A DNA stretch of 48,019 nt, taken from the IMG/VR virus record IMGVR_UViG_3300027976_000058. One strand, 5' to 3'. The notes beneath the pieces were generated by a model. It made no database searches, was not told the DNA's origin, and saw nothing but the letters and a program-made list of their open reading frames with translations. The translations under genes were made by a program, and so were the position numbers. Within the stretch, counting starts at the first letter, position 1. Each line of letters starts with the position of its first letter. This document shows positions 8,792-18,468 of the stretch, one piece after another. The stretch is from a virus.

Positions 8792-9487
8792 ATGGCTACA
8801 GTTACAGCTTTCACCGCAGAGCGAAGCAAGCAAATTGAAGATAACGCTATTATTGATGGGGTAGTAGTTGGCGATAATCTTATTCTTAAACGATTTAATG
8901 GTTTGAATGATGTTGATGCTGGAAATGTTCGTGGCCCTCAGGGAGATCAAGGTCCAATTGGTATTACCGAAATTCCAACAGGGTCTATTCAGGCTTTTGC
9001 TGGATCATCTCTTTCACTACCTCCAGCTTGGTTACTATGTAATGGCACATCTATTGAGAGAACTTCATATAACGACTTATTTACCGTAATCGGAACCGTT
9101 TATGGAGCAGTTGATATTGACCACTTCACTCTCCCAAACTTCGCTAACAGAGTTCCAGTAGGGGTTAGTATCACTAAGGCTCTCGGGTCTTTGGGTGGTT
9201 CTGAAAATGTGACGCTCGCTGCTTCGCAGTTGCCTCCTCACCAACACACAATTTGGCACGATCATCCAAATGTGTCAGTTAATGTTGATACAACAATTAT
9301 CAATGCTACTTCTGGTGGGTTTAACCGTCTTGCTGGTGGCAGCTTGGATGCATATTACAATTTACACCGACTTGAGGTTAATATTCCTGCTTTAGACGGA
9401 AACTCAGGTTACGGTAATGGCCTTTCCTCAAGCGCGCACACTAACATGCAGCCCTACGTTTCCATTAACTATCTCATCAAGACATAA
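8792..9487 (+). CDS. tail fibre protein with a phage tail-collar domain and a short collagen-like segment
   Basis: GPQGDQGPIG is followed by the collar pattern GSIQAFAGS..PPAWLLCNGTSIERTSYNDLFTVIGTVYG..FTLPNFANRVPVG. Confidence 0.8.
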   Translation: MATVTAFTAERSKQIEDNAIIDGVVVGDNLILKRFNGLNDVDAGNVRGPQGDQGPIGITEIPTGSIQAFAGSSLSLPPAWLLCNGTSIERTSYNDLFTVIGTVYGAVDIDHFTLPNFANRVPVGVSITKALGSLGGSENVTLAASQLPPHQHTIWHDHPNVSVNVDTTIINATSGGFNRLAGGSLDAYYNLHRLEVNIPALDGNSGYGNGLSSSAHTNMQPYVSINYLIKT

Positions 9488-9518
9488 GATATAAGACAAA
9501 CTCTGAAAGGAGACTCCC

Positions 9519-9896
9519 ATGGAAATGTCACTTTCATCAAGTGGTGATTTTAAAAACACCGAAAAATTCTTCAAAAAGATCCAGGACGGGAGTTACCTTT
9601 CGGATCTGAATCGTTACGGAAAAGAAGGCGTAGATGCCCTTGCTAAAGCAACTCCACGTGACAGTGGCTTGACCGCTCAGTCCTGGGGTTATCGCATAAT
9701 AAAAAGTAAAATCAACCCAGGAATTGAATGGTTTAACACAAACAAAAACAACGGAGCAAATGTGGCAATCCTTATTCAATATGGACATGGTACGGGAACT
9801 GGCGGCTATGTTTCTGGACGCGATTATATCAACCCGTCAATTAGACCATTATTCGACAGAATTGCAGACGATGTTTGGAAGCAGGTGAAGTCATGA
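9519..9896 (+). CDS. HK97 gp10-like head-tail/tail-completion protein
   Basis: 125 aa. The ..ATPRDSGLTAQSW.. pattern is typical of the gp10 family. The stop overlaps the TMP start (ATGA). Confidence 0.55.
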   Translation: MEMSLSSSGDFKNTEKFFKKIQDGSYLSDLNRYGKEGVDALAKATPRDSGLTAQSWGYRIIKSKINPGIEWFNTNKNNGANVAILIQYGHGTGTGGYVSGRDYINPSIRPLFDRIADDVWKQVKS

Positions 9897-12800
9897 GCGG
9901 AGTTGATGATCGCGTAGTTAAGTTAACATTCGATAACGCTTCTTTTCAAAAGAATACGTCTGACACCATGTCGACATTAGACAAGTTGAAGTCAAATCTA
10001 AACTTTAGCAATAGCACCGATAGCACGAATCAGCTGTCAGCGGCATTCCGGAACTTCAACCTCAACCCATTGTCGACGTCAGTCGAAGCGGTAAGTTCAA
10101 AGTTTCTTATTTTAGCTACTGTTGCTATCACCGCCTTGGCTAATATAACAAACAAAGCGGTTGACGCTGGAGCACAGATAATCAAGGCTCTTACAATCAC
10201 GCCAATCGTAGATGGTTATAAAGAGTACGAGACTAACATCAACTCAATCCAGACAATTCTGGCTAATACCTCGACAAAGGGAACAAACATTACTCAAGTT
10301 AACGATGCTCTTGACGAGTTGAACAGGTACGCGGACAAGACAATCTACAACTTCAGTGAGATGGCCAAAAACATTGGTACCTTTACGGCTGCTGGTGTTG
10401 ATTTGGATACATCGGTTAGATCAATCAAGGGTATTGCTAACCTCGCGGCAATTTCTGGTTCGTCTTCACAGCAAGCCTCTAACGCCATGTACCAGCTTTC
10501 ACAGGCTATTGCTAGTGGGACCGTTAGACTTCAGGACTGGATCTCGGTTAACAATGCCAACATGGGCGGCGAAGTTTTCCAGAATTCCTTGTTTGAAACT
10601 GGCAAAGCTTTGGGTACCCTTGTGGATGTTCCTATGGATCAAACATTTGGTGAATGGAAAGATGCTGGTAACCTGTTCCGAGAGTCACTTAAGGATGGGT
10701 GGCTAACCTCAGAAGTTCTTACCACTACCCTTGGCGGTCTGTCTGGAGAGATGGATGCCGCATCCCTTTCCGCGGCTGGATACTCAGACGAGCAGGTCGT
10801 AGCAATCCAGAAGATGGCGGATACTGCCGTTGCCGCAGCCACGGAAGTAAAGACCGCGACCCAGCTGGTAAGTGTTATCAAGGAAGCCATTGGATCCGGG
10901 TGGGCATCAACCTTCCGCATTATCATCGGCGACTTCATTGAGGCAAAGGGACTATTCTCTGGCATAGCCGCAGGCATCACTGGGCCAATCGAAAGTATAA
11001 CAACGGCCCGAAACGACCTTCTCTCGGCGTGGAAATTCCTTGGAGGGCGAGACATCATGCTGCAAGGATTTCTCTATGCACTTGCTGCAATTAAGTTAGT
11101 CATAAGGCCAATCATTGATGCATTCAGAGCTATCTTTCCACGGAAAACAGCGCAAGAGCTTGTTTCTATGACGGAAGGATTCAGAGATTTTGCTAAAGGG
11201 CTTATGATCTCAGAAGATGGTGCTTCTAAATTACAATCGGTGTTCCAAGGAATCTTCTCAATCTTCAAAATAGGAATAGAAGTTGTAAAAGGGATCTTTG
11301 GCGTCTTCATAAATCTTGGTAAAGTCCTATTTAGCATCATTGGCGGTTTTTCCGGGGGTGCTGCTGGAGTAGGGGGCTTTGTAACAAAAATCCAGCAACT
11401 TCTTGTCGAGAGCGGAGGAATTGAAAAGTTTTTTGCCGTAATAAACTCTGGAATCCAAAAGATTCCCGAGTTTATGTCAAAAGCTCAGCAAGAATTGGCG
11501 CCATTCTTTGATAAACTCAAGGAAGGCTTTGCAAAAGTTGCTGAGTTTGCCGAAAAAGCCAAAGATAAGATCGCCGGAGTGTTCGGTGGCGATGGCGGTG
11601 GCGGTGGCGGTGGCATCCCAGGGGCTGGGATTATTGCGTCTACAATAGAGAGAATTAGGGAAGTCTTTTCCGGCATTGGTGGTGCAGCTTCGTCTGTAGG
11701 AAATTCCCTGGGGGGATTTGGCTCAAAAGTTGCTGGATTTTTTACTACTGTGGCTGAGTCAGGAACCAAAATTGGATCAGCAATAATCACACTGTTTAAA
11801 GACGTTCTGAGTGGAATTGGCGGAGGCCTTGACTCGGGCTTCTTTATGAATCTTATGAAGAGTGTCGGCGCTGGTGCGTTAGCAGGAATTGCTGTAGCAC
11901 TTCTCAAGTTTGCTAAAGACGGGTTCAAACTTGATCTCGGATTTTCTGATGCTATTCAGGGTTTAATAGATGTCTTTAGCCAACTTAAGAAAAACCTAAA
12001 AGCAATGCAGAGAGAAGTCCAAGCAACGACGCTTCTTAAGATTGCTGCTGCGGTTGGAATACTTGCAGTGTCGCTTCTGGTTCTTTCTGGGATTGATGGC
12101 GCTAAGCTTGCCCAAGCCTTAGGATCGCTTGCTGGCGGTATGCTAGCCCTTGTTGGGTCTATTGCCTTACTAGATAAGGTCGAATCAGACCCAGCTAAAA
12201 TGCTTGCACTTTCCGTATCTCTTATTTTCATTGCTGCAGCAGCAGTACTGCTTTCTATTGGCTTAGCCAGACTCTCAAAAATGAGTTGGGCGGAAATTGG
12301 GAAAGGACTAGTTGGACTTGTAGGTATCCTTGCAGTCATGGCTGGCGCAAGTGCTGCGTTCTCAAAGGTTAATGGAAGCTTTATTCGTACCGGCCTTAGC
12401 CTAATTATCTTGTCGGCAGCTATTTGGGTGTTCAGCAAAGTCATTAGTTCTATTTCAAAAATTCCTTATAAAGACCTCGGAAAAGGTCTTTCCTTTGTTG
12501 CAGTAAGCCTTGGTATTATTGCTCTGTTCGCAAATCTTGTTGATAGCAAAGAACTTAATAAGATCAGCTTCGGATTCCTAATATTCTCTATCAGCCTTGG
12601 GGTCCTTCAAAAAGTCATTAAAGCCTTTGCTGAGATTAAAACTAGCGAGCTTATCAGAGGCTTGGCTGGAATGGCTTTGACTATGGGGGTTCTTATCATC
12701 TCGCTAAAGAGTCTTCCAGATAATAATGAGCTTATGGCGAAAGCCGCTGGTATTGTTATTCTTAGCGTTGCTCTGTATATTATGTCGGAAGCCATAAAAA

Positions 12801-14668
12801 GTATGGGTGCACTGTCTTGGGAAGAACTTGCAAAAGGTATCCTAGGACTTGGGATTGTATTATTTGGACTTGTCATTGCGGCAAAACTTATGACTGGTGC
12901 TGTTGCTGGCGCTGCCGCTATGGTAGTAATGGCTGGGGCTTTATTTATCTTAGGTAATGTTATTAAATCTATAGCCGAGCTAAGTTGGGGAGACCTCATC
13001 AAGGGTCTTGTCGGTATTGCCGCAGTTCTTCTTATTCTTGGACTAGCTGCTCTTTTAATGAAGCCAATTCTTCTACCACTTATGGGTCTTGGTGTTGCCC
13101 TAATCCTCGTTGGCATTGGTTTTGCCGCGTTCGGTCTTGGCGCAATGCTAGTTGCCAAGGCATTTATGCTGATCGCCGATGCTGGTAAGAAGGGTATTGA
13201 CACTATTATTAACATACTGAATACTCTCATTATGGCTCTTCCAGGATTTATAGAGTCATTTGCCAAAGGCATTGTCCGTATGATCAAGACTTTTCTTGAC
13301 TCTGGATCAGAACTAATCGATGGTTTCGGAAATATTATTGTTTCTATCTTGGATAAAATCATCGAGATTGCTCCTAAGATTGCCGAGGCTTTTGGTGCGA
13401 TTGGATCATTAATGATCACATATCTTCGTGAAAAAATTCCCGAGTTCATCACACTTGGTTTTGAAATTCTTGTGGCGTTTATGCAAGGACTTAGTAATAA
13501 CATTGAGCTTATTGTAACGCTTGCTCTTGAAATTATTGCCAACTTCATGGCTGGTATTACTGCAGGAATTCCTGCTCTAGCAATTGCCGCTACAGACCTG
13601 ATTGTCGCCTTTATTACCGCTATTGGAGCTAACATCCAGCGAGTCATAGATGCTGGTGCAGATCTTATTGTTAAAATTATTCAGGGTATTAGCGACAATA
13701 TAGAAAAGATTGTAGTAGCCGTAGGTGAACTTATTGTGAAATTTCTTAATGCAATCGCCGATCAGGCAGAACCAATCATAGCCGCTGGATTTGGTATTCT
13801 AGAAAACATCTTGACCGGTCTTGGCTCTGGAGCTGTAAATATTATTAAGACAGTTGGGGGCATTATTGGTGGAATAATTCTTCAACTTTTCATTGAAGGA
13901 AACAAGCTTATTGATGAAGGAATTAGACTTACAAAGCTGTTCCTGTCTGGTATGGTTGACAAGACAATTGACTTTGCATTCTTTATGGGCGAATTGATAT
14001 TGGAACTTCTTGTAGGGCTTAAAGCTGCTGTTGATACGTATGCTGATTCTATCCGAATTGCGTCTCTAGAGCTTGGTGTTGCTATCATTGATGGCATGAC
14101 TGGCGGAATGGCAACCAAAGCCCAAGAAGCGTACGACAAAATAAAAGAAATTGCGGGGAAAGTTATTGGTTTTGCCAAAGGAATCTTCCAAGAAAATTCA
14201 CCATCAAAGGTGTTTATTAAGATTGGTAAAGGTGTTGTTGGTGGTCTTGCGATTGGGCTCAACAATGATGCCGAGGTTGTTAAAGCTTCCGAGAATTTAG
14301 CTAACGGAACAATTAGTGGTTTTAAAGAAGCACTCAACAAGGCAGCGAAGGGAATGGAGTCCTCTCCAGACTTCACACCTAAGATTCGTCCTGTTCTGGA
14401 CTTATCTAACGTTCAGAAAGATGCGAAGAGTATTTCTTCCTTGTTTGATTCTAACTCTATCTCCACTATAGAATCCTTTGGTCGTGCTAACGCAATTTCA
14501 AGAATGCAGGTTCAATCGGAATCCACTAAACAATCTGCGCAGCAAGGACCAATGGAAATTAAGTTTGAGCAGAACAACTACTCACCTGCGGCATTATCTG
14601 CAAGTGATATTTACAGAAGCACCAAGAGTCAGATTGTCTTAGCTAAAGAGGAGTTGGGCGTACGATGA
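9893..14668 (+). CDS. tape measure protein
   Basis: About 1591 aa, the longest ORF in the window. Helical, Ala/Gly/Ile-rich, with a poly-Gly run and repeated hydrophobic segments, upstream of Dit. ATG 9893 is in frame with the track start at 9875. Confidence 0.9.
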   Translation: MSGVDDRVVKLTFDNASFQKNTSDTMSTLDKLKSNLNFSNSTDSTNQLSAAFRNFNLNPLSTSVEAVSSKFLILATVAITALANITNKAVDAGAQIIKALTITPIVDGYKEYETNINSIQTILANTSTKGTNITQVNDALDELNRYADKTIYNFSEMAKNIGTFTAAGVDLDTSVRSIKGIANLAAISGSSSQQASNAMYQLSQAIASGTVRLQDWISVNNANMGGEVFQNSLFETGKALGTLVDVPMDQTFGEWKDAGNLFRESLKDGWLTSEVLTTTLGGLSGEMDAASLSAAGYSDEQVVAIQKMADTAVAAATEVKTATQLVSVIKEAIGSGWASTFRIIIGDFIEAKGLFSGIAAGITGPIESITTARNDLLSAWKFLGGRDIMLQGFLYALAAIKLVIRPIIDAFRAIFPRKTAQELVSMTEGFRDFAKGLMISEDGASKLQSVFQGIFSIFKIGIEVVKGIFGVFINLGKVLFSIIGGFSGGAAGVGGFVTKIQQLLVESGGIEKFFAVINSGIQKIPEFMSKAQQELAPFFDKLKEGFAKVAEFAEKAKDKIAGVFGGDGGGGGGGIPGAGIIASTIERIREVFSGIGGAASSVGNSLGGFGSKVAGFFTTVAESGTKIGSAIITLFKDVLSGIGGGLDSGFFMNLMKSVGAGALAGIAVALLKFAKDGFKLDLGFSDAIQGLIDVFSQLKKNLKAMQREVQATTLLKIAAAVGILAVSLLVLSGIDGAKLAQALGSLAGGMLALVGSIALLDKVESDPAKMLALSVSLIFIAAAAVLLSIGLARLSKMSWAEIGKGLVGLVGILAVMAGASAAFSKVNGSFIRTGLSLIILSAAIWVFSKVISSISKIPYKDLGKGLSFVAVSLGIIALFANLVDSKELNKISFGFLIFSISLGVLQKVIKAFAEIKTSELIRGLAGMALTMGVLIISLKSLPDNNELMAKAAGIVILSVALYIMSEAIKSMGALSWEELAKGILGLGIVLFGLVIAAKLMTGAVAGAAAMVVMAGALFILGNVIKSIAELSWGDLIKGLVGIAAVLLILGLAALLMKPILLPLMGLGVALILVGIGFAAFGLGAMLVAKAFMLIADAGKKGIDTIINILNTLIMALPGFIESFAKGIVRMIKTFLDSGSELIDGFGNIIVSILDKIIEIAPKIAEAFGAIGSLMITYLREKIPEFITLGFEILVAFMQGLSNNIELIVTLALEIIANFMAGITAGIPALAIAATDLIVAFITAIGANIQRVIDAGADLIVKIIQGISDNIEKIVVAVGELIVKFLNAIADQAEPIIAAGFGILENILTGLGSGAVNIIKTVGGIIGGIILQLFIEGNKLIDEGIRLTKLFLSGMVDKTIDFAFFMGELILELLVGLKAAVDTYADSIRIASLELGVAIIDGMTGGMATKAQEAYDKIKEIAGKVIGFAKGIFQENSPSKVFIKIGKGVVGGLAIGLNNDAEVVKASENLANGTISGFKEALNKAAKGMESSPDFTPKIRPVLDLSNVQKDAKSISSLFDSNSISTIESFGRANAISRMQVQSESTKQSAQQGPMEIKFEQNNYSPAALSASDIYRSTKSQIVLAKEELGVR

Positions 14669-15534
14669 AAGTAACAAATGTAGATCTATATTGTTCGTGT
14701 TCAGAGCATGTCCTAAACTTAAGCTATCGAGATCCGGCTTCAACCAATAAGTATAATGTCAAATCTATCTATGGTTTGGATGCAGATGAGATTATATCAA
14801 GCTATTACGCAAGTGGGTCTATATCTAATGACCCATTTTATACAATGGCTAGTCCAAAACGCGACATCGTTGTAAGGCTTGTTCTCAATCCAGATTATCA
14901 AGCAGGGGAAACGGTGTCAGATTTGAGAGATAGACTTTACCGAGCTATTTCCTCAAATAGAACCGGAGTTGTAGAACTTCGGTTTAAAGACGGAGCAGTG
15001 GAACAAGCTAGTGTGAAGGGGTTTGTAAGTAAATTTGAGGCCGCCCACTTTTCGGAGGTTCCAGAACTTCAAATGACCATTACTTGCCAAGATCCAATGT
15101 TAAGGGCTCCACTAGACGAAATCATTTCTGGAGAAAGTCTAAACCAAGTATCACCATGGTTCCAGGATCTTGTTTCTACAGCCCCACATGGTGCTACCTT
15201 TATATTTAAGGTGGTTGCTGTGGCCAATTCGATTGAATTTACTCAATTTACAGAATCCGGAATCGATCCAGACTGGTCGTTTAAAATTCTACCACCAATA
15301 ACGGCCACAGAGACTACCTTTATTAATGACGACCTTGTGTATATCTCAAGTATTAATAAACAAAGATCCGTGAGTCTTATCCGAGGTGTTAATAAAATTC
15401 AATTGGCTGATAAAATTCAACCATTTTCTGTTTGGCCTGCTATATTTCCTGGAAATAATCAATTTACTATTATTGAATCAACAAAATACAAACTTCATGA
15501 AATTAACCACAGACACTCCTTCTGGGGGGTATAA
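14665..15534 (+). CDS. distal tail protein (Dit)-like
   Basis: 289 aa, immediately after the TMP with a 4-nt overlap. Call is positional. Confidence 0.55.
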   Translation: MKVTNVDLYCSCSEHVLNLSYRDPASTNKYNVKSIYGLDADEIISSYYASGSISNDPFYTMASPKRDIVVRLVLNPDYQAGETVSDLRDRLYRAISSNRTGVVELRFKDGAVEQASVKGFVSKFEAAHFSEVPELQMTITCQDPMLRAPLDEIISGESLNQVSPWFQDLVSTAPHGATFIFKVVAVANSIEFTQFTESGIDPDWSFKILPPITATETTFINDDLVYISSINKQRSVSLIRGVNKIQLADKIQPFSVWPAIFPGNNQFTIIESTKYKLHEINHRHSFWGV

Positions 15535-16721
15535 TGGACATATTTGTTTATAAACCATCATCTGTTGCAGCTGAAAACGAAGGTTTACTTCTTAAAAATG
15601 GTGAGCTTATTTCAGACTGGACAAGTTTAACCTGGATTGAGCGTTATCGTGATGCTTCTGAGTTTACCATAGTTTCGCCACTTGAATCAGGTTTAGTTGA
15701 TTTACTACCTCGTGGTTCAATTATAGCAAAAGTAAATTCATCAGAATTTATGATTGTTGAAAACCATGAAATCAGTATGACAAAAAACAACTCGCCAGAG
15801 ATTGTAATTACCGGACGAAGTTTTGACTCATTCTTTGAACACCGAACAATTGGCGATCGAAGTATGACAGACCCAGAACTAGTGGCTGAGTTTAGTGGGG
15901 AAAACTGGTATACTTCCGGTAGCCCTGAGGCTCATGCTGCTCAATTGCTTCAGAAATACTCAACTTCAACAACACATAGTGGCGAGACCTATAAAGTAGC
16001 AGGAGACAATGCCGGGGATTCTATAGAGAACTTACTAATTCGGTATGTCCCAATTGTTCCGGCTGACCCAGATCTTTCTGATGAGCGTACTCTATCCTGG
16101 GGGAGTGTCTATAAAGCTCTGAGTGAATTACTTGATCTTGGAGATCTCGGCATTAAAACTATCCGACCAAGGTGGACTGAAAATCCAGAGCTCGACTCTC
16201 TTATAAATCGAACAAGCAATTTCTGTTACGTAGTCATCCACCAGGGCATTGATAAAACTTCTTCGGTTGGATTTTCTGCCGAACGAGGGGAGATTGAAAC
16301 TGCAGATTACTTTGCATCCAATATTCCTGAAAAGAACTCAGTTATTGTTCAAGGTAAGATCGTTAAAAGAAGGCTCGACACACCTAAGCTTGGGTATTTT
16401 AGGCGATCAACACTTGTTGATGGTAGTGATATTGAAGAAGGTTGGACTGACTACCCAACAAACAAAGATAGGTATAAAAACTCTATGTACGCAAGGGCCA
16501 AGGCAAATCTTCGTGGAAGCAGTGCAATAGAGATATCAAATGTGGTTCTTGCCGCAAATCTAACGCAGTTTACCTATAGAAAAGACTTTAGCATTGGCGA
16601 TCTGGTCGGTGTTGAAGGCGAATTTGGCACATCTGGCGTTAGACGAGTTATAGAGTATGCAGAGGTTCAGGACGAGAATGGTTATGTTTCAACACCAACA
16701 CTGGGAATCACTGAGGAGTGA
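15534..16721 (+). CDS. minor tail protein (Siphovirus Gp37-like / Tal position)
   Basis: 395 aa. The N-terminal pattern SLTWIERYRDASEFTIVSP resembles the Gp37-like family. Position follows Dit. Confidence 0.5.
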   Translation: MDIFVYKPSSVAAENEGLLLKNGELISDWTSLTWIERYRDASEFTIVSPLESGLVDLLPRGSIIAKVNSSEFMIVENHEISMTKNNSPEIVITGRSFDSFFEHRTIGDRSMTDPELVAEFSGENWYTSGSPEAHAAQLLQKYSTSTTHSGETYKVAGDNAGDSIENLLIRYVPIVPADPDLSDERTLSWGSVYKALSELLDLGDLGIKTIRPRWTENPELDSLINRTSNFCYVVIHQGIDKTSSVGFSAERGEIETADYFASNIPEKNSVIVQGKIVKRRLDTPKLGYFRRSTLVDGSDIEEGWTDYPTNKDRYKNSMYARAKANLRGSSAIEISNVVLAANLTQFTYRKDFSIGDLVGVEGEFGTSGVRRVIEYAEVQDENGYVSTPTLGITEE

Positions 16722-16993
16722 AAATGTTAAATCTTTCAAATAAAATGTATGATGTTTCTAAAAAGGTTATTACCATTGGTTTTCCAGCTTTTGCAACGTT
16801 ATATTCTGCCCTTTCTATTTTATGGGGTTTTGGTTATGTTGCCGAAGTTGTTGGGACGTTAGGAGCAGTTGCTACTTTTGGTGGTGTTATTCTTGGCGTT
16901 AGTACTAACACTTTTCAATCAAATCACACAATTGTGCCTTGGACTGAAGAATCCTCATCCTATTCAAATACCTACAATTCGGAGTTTGAGTGA
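16718..16993 (+). CDS. small membrane protein, holin-like
   Basis: 91 aa with two hydrophobic helices (ITIGFPAFATLYSALSILWGFGYV, LGAVATFGGVILGV). Overlapping starts and stops with neighbouring genes. Confidence 0.45.
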   Translation: MKMLNLSNKMYDVSKKVITIGFPAFATLYSALSILWGFGYVAEVVGTLGAVATFGGVILGVSTNTFQSNHTIVPWTEESSSYSNTYNSEFE

Positions 16994-17349
16994 ATCAAAG
17001 CATCCTTGCCTTTAACCCACCAGATTCTTTCTTAGTCCTTTTAGCTGCTCTTGGCGGCGGTACTATAGCAACCCTGGTTACCGAGTGGTTTCGTAGAAGA
17101 AAAACTGGGGCCGAAACAGATGAACTTTCAGCAAAAGCGGTAGACATTATTACCAAGGCAGCAGTTCATTTAGTAGAAAGAACTACTGCATTGGCTGATG
17201 CTAGAGAGGCAAAACTTGAAACTAAAATTGCAAATTTAGAAACTCGTATCGATCATTTATCACTTGTGATTGACGGACTTACCGAACAGCTTGAAAGTCA
17301 CGACATTAAGCCAAAAACTATTCCAATTGTTATAAATCAAAAAAATTAA
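16990..17349 (+). CDS. membrane-anchored coiled-coil protein
   Basis: 119 aa with an N-terminal TM segment followed by a heptad-like region. GTGA overlap with the upstream gene. Confidence 0.55.
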   Translation: MNQSILAFNPPDSFLVLLAALGGGTIATLVTEWFRRRKTGAETDELSAKAVDIITKAAVHLVERTTALADAREAKLETKIANLETRIDHLSLVIDGLTEQLESHDIKPKTIPIVINQKN

Positions 17350-17360
17350 GGGGGATATTA

Positions 17361-17579
17361 ATGCATTCATACATTGGCGTATTATTGTTCATTCTTGGCA
17401 TGCTTATCGGAATGATTTTGATGTATCGCGTTAAAAAGAAATCTAAACCTGCTGGGACCTTGTATGCGACCGAATCCATAAAGGGGCGAATACTATACAC
17501 TTTAGAGCTTAACGAAGATCCCGAGGATTTATTAACAAAAACAAATGTTACGTTTCGAGTAGTCCCACCACACGAGTAG
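17361..17579 (+). CDS. small membrane protein
   Basis: 72 aa with RBS AAGGGGG and an N-terminal TM segment GVLLFILGMLIGMILMY. Confidence 0.55.
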   Translation: MHSYIGVLLFILGMLIGMILMYRVKKKSKPAGTLYATESIKGRILYTLELNEDPEDLLTKTNVTFRVVPPHE

Positions 17580-17596
17580 CTTAAACCAGATAGTTC

Positions 17597-17625
17597 TCGC
17601 AGCCAATACAACGCTTATAATGAGA
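17597..17625 (+). promoter_or_regulatory. 29-nt promoter-like element, copy 1
   Basis: tcgcagccaatacaacgcttataatgaga. Confidence 0.6.
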
Positions 17626-17643
17626 CTACCTGAAAGGACAGCA

Positions 17644-17934
17644 ATGTTTAGACTTATTAATAAAGATAGGGATGAAAGAGTTGACCGACTCATCGCCCGT
17701 GTTACTGACGATATGGAGATGTATGGTCCAGAATCCGAAGAATACTCCACCTCAATGGCATATTTGGAACGACTTCACGCACTCAAGGCTGAAAGCAAGC
17801 CTGAGCGCGTTAGCCGTGACACAATTGCACTTGTTGTTGGAAACATCATCGGAATCCTGGTCATCGTCGCCTACGAACAGAAGCACGTGATGACGAGCAA
17901 GGCTTTCGGAACAATCCTAAAGACGAGAAACTAA
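17644..17934 (+). CDS. hypothetical protein with a C-terminal TM segment
   Basis: The track start at 17620 is the ATG inside the TATAATGAGA promoter core. ATG 17644 follows GAAAGGA and is in frame. Confidence 0.55.
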   Translation: MFRLINKDRDERVDRLIARVTDDMEMYGPESEEYSTSMAYLERLHALKAESKPERVSRDTIALVVGNIIGILVIVAYEQKHVMTSKAFGTILKTRN

Positions 17935-17954
17935 ACAAGCAGACTTAAAGTAGT

Positions 17955-18009
17955 AAAAACACAAAGGCTGTGCGAGATTTAATAATCCCGCATAGCTTTT
18001 GTGTTTTTG
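17955..18009 (+). terminator. intrinsic terminator closing the late/structural unit
   Basis: About 19-bp stem (acacaaaggctgtgcgaga / tcccgcatagcttttgtgt, with G-U pairs) followed by TTTTT. Confidence 0.7.
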
Positions 18010-18083
18010 CTGTACTGTATACAACGATTGTTTATTTTTGAGTTTTTAAAAAAATTAAGCGGAGTTTCCTCAGAAAAACGAAT

Positions 18084-18112
18084 TCGCAAGAAATACAACG
18101 CTTATAATGAGA
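18084..18112 (+). promoter_or_regulatory. 29-nt promoter-like element, copy 2
   Basis: tcgcaagaaatacaacgcttataatgaga. Confidence 0.6.
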
Positions 18113-18164
18113 AGAAAGAATGGAGATTATAATATAGTGCTTAGCACCCATTCATTCTTTTTTT
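18113..18164 (+). ncRNA. candidate short (about 50-nt) transcript or attenuator: a hairpin plus U-run immediately after promoter copy 2
   Basis: agaaagaatgg ... ccattcattct stem (10 of 11 positions paired) followed by a T7 run. No ORF or RBS inside. Confidence 0.35.
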
Positions 18165-18222
18165 AAAAATTACTAACATGAATAAAGTATCTATTTACAA
18201 ATACAAAGGAGAAGCATTCACA

Positions 18223-18339
18223 ATGAGTAATCAAAACAATTACGGATGTGCTAATTTAATCTTGGACTGCGTCCTGACAATAATCACGGGAGGACTTTGG
18301 CTTATTTGGATTTTTGTTCGGGAGATGCGTAATCATTAA
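18223..18339 (+). CDS. small membrane protein (38 aa)
   Basis: Translated by hand. RBS AAAGGAGAAG lies 8 nt upstream. Sequence is MSNQNNYGCANLILDCVLTIITGGLWLIWIFVREMRNH. Confidence 0.5.
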   Translation: MSNQNNYGCANLILDCVLTIITGGLWLIWIFVREMRNH

Positions 18340-18468
18340 TCATGACTACATTTTTTCTCGTCCTAATCATCCTATTTAACTTACCATTTGTCTTCTTTAC
18401 GTCTGTGTATTTTTACGTGACGTTTAAAAAAAATATGTGTAAAAACCAAGAACTTTGAAAGGAAATAC

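Noticed and set aside
12607-13647. 346-aa ORF on the minus strand, and the other minus-strand ORFs in the track (for example 10639..11058, 11485..11928, 11956..12444, 13882..14376, 41654..42322 and 36628..37116).
   Set aside because: Every one lies entirely antisense to a long, well-supported + strand gene such as the TMP, fibre or RNAP candidate. They have low-complexity, compositionally skewed translations and no RBS. The whole genome otherwise codes in one direction.
18342-18458. 38-codon hydrophobic ORF (MTTFFLVLIILFNLPFVFF...) between 18339 and 18469. Also a 46-codon ORF at 32746..32886 overlapping the helicase start.
   Set aside because: There is no convincing SD, and AT-rich sequence easily yields Phe/Leu/Ile-rich ORFs. 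I left both unannotated.
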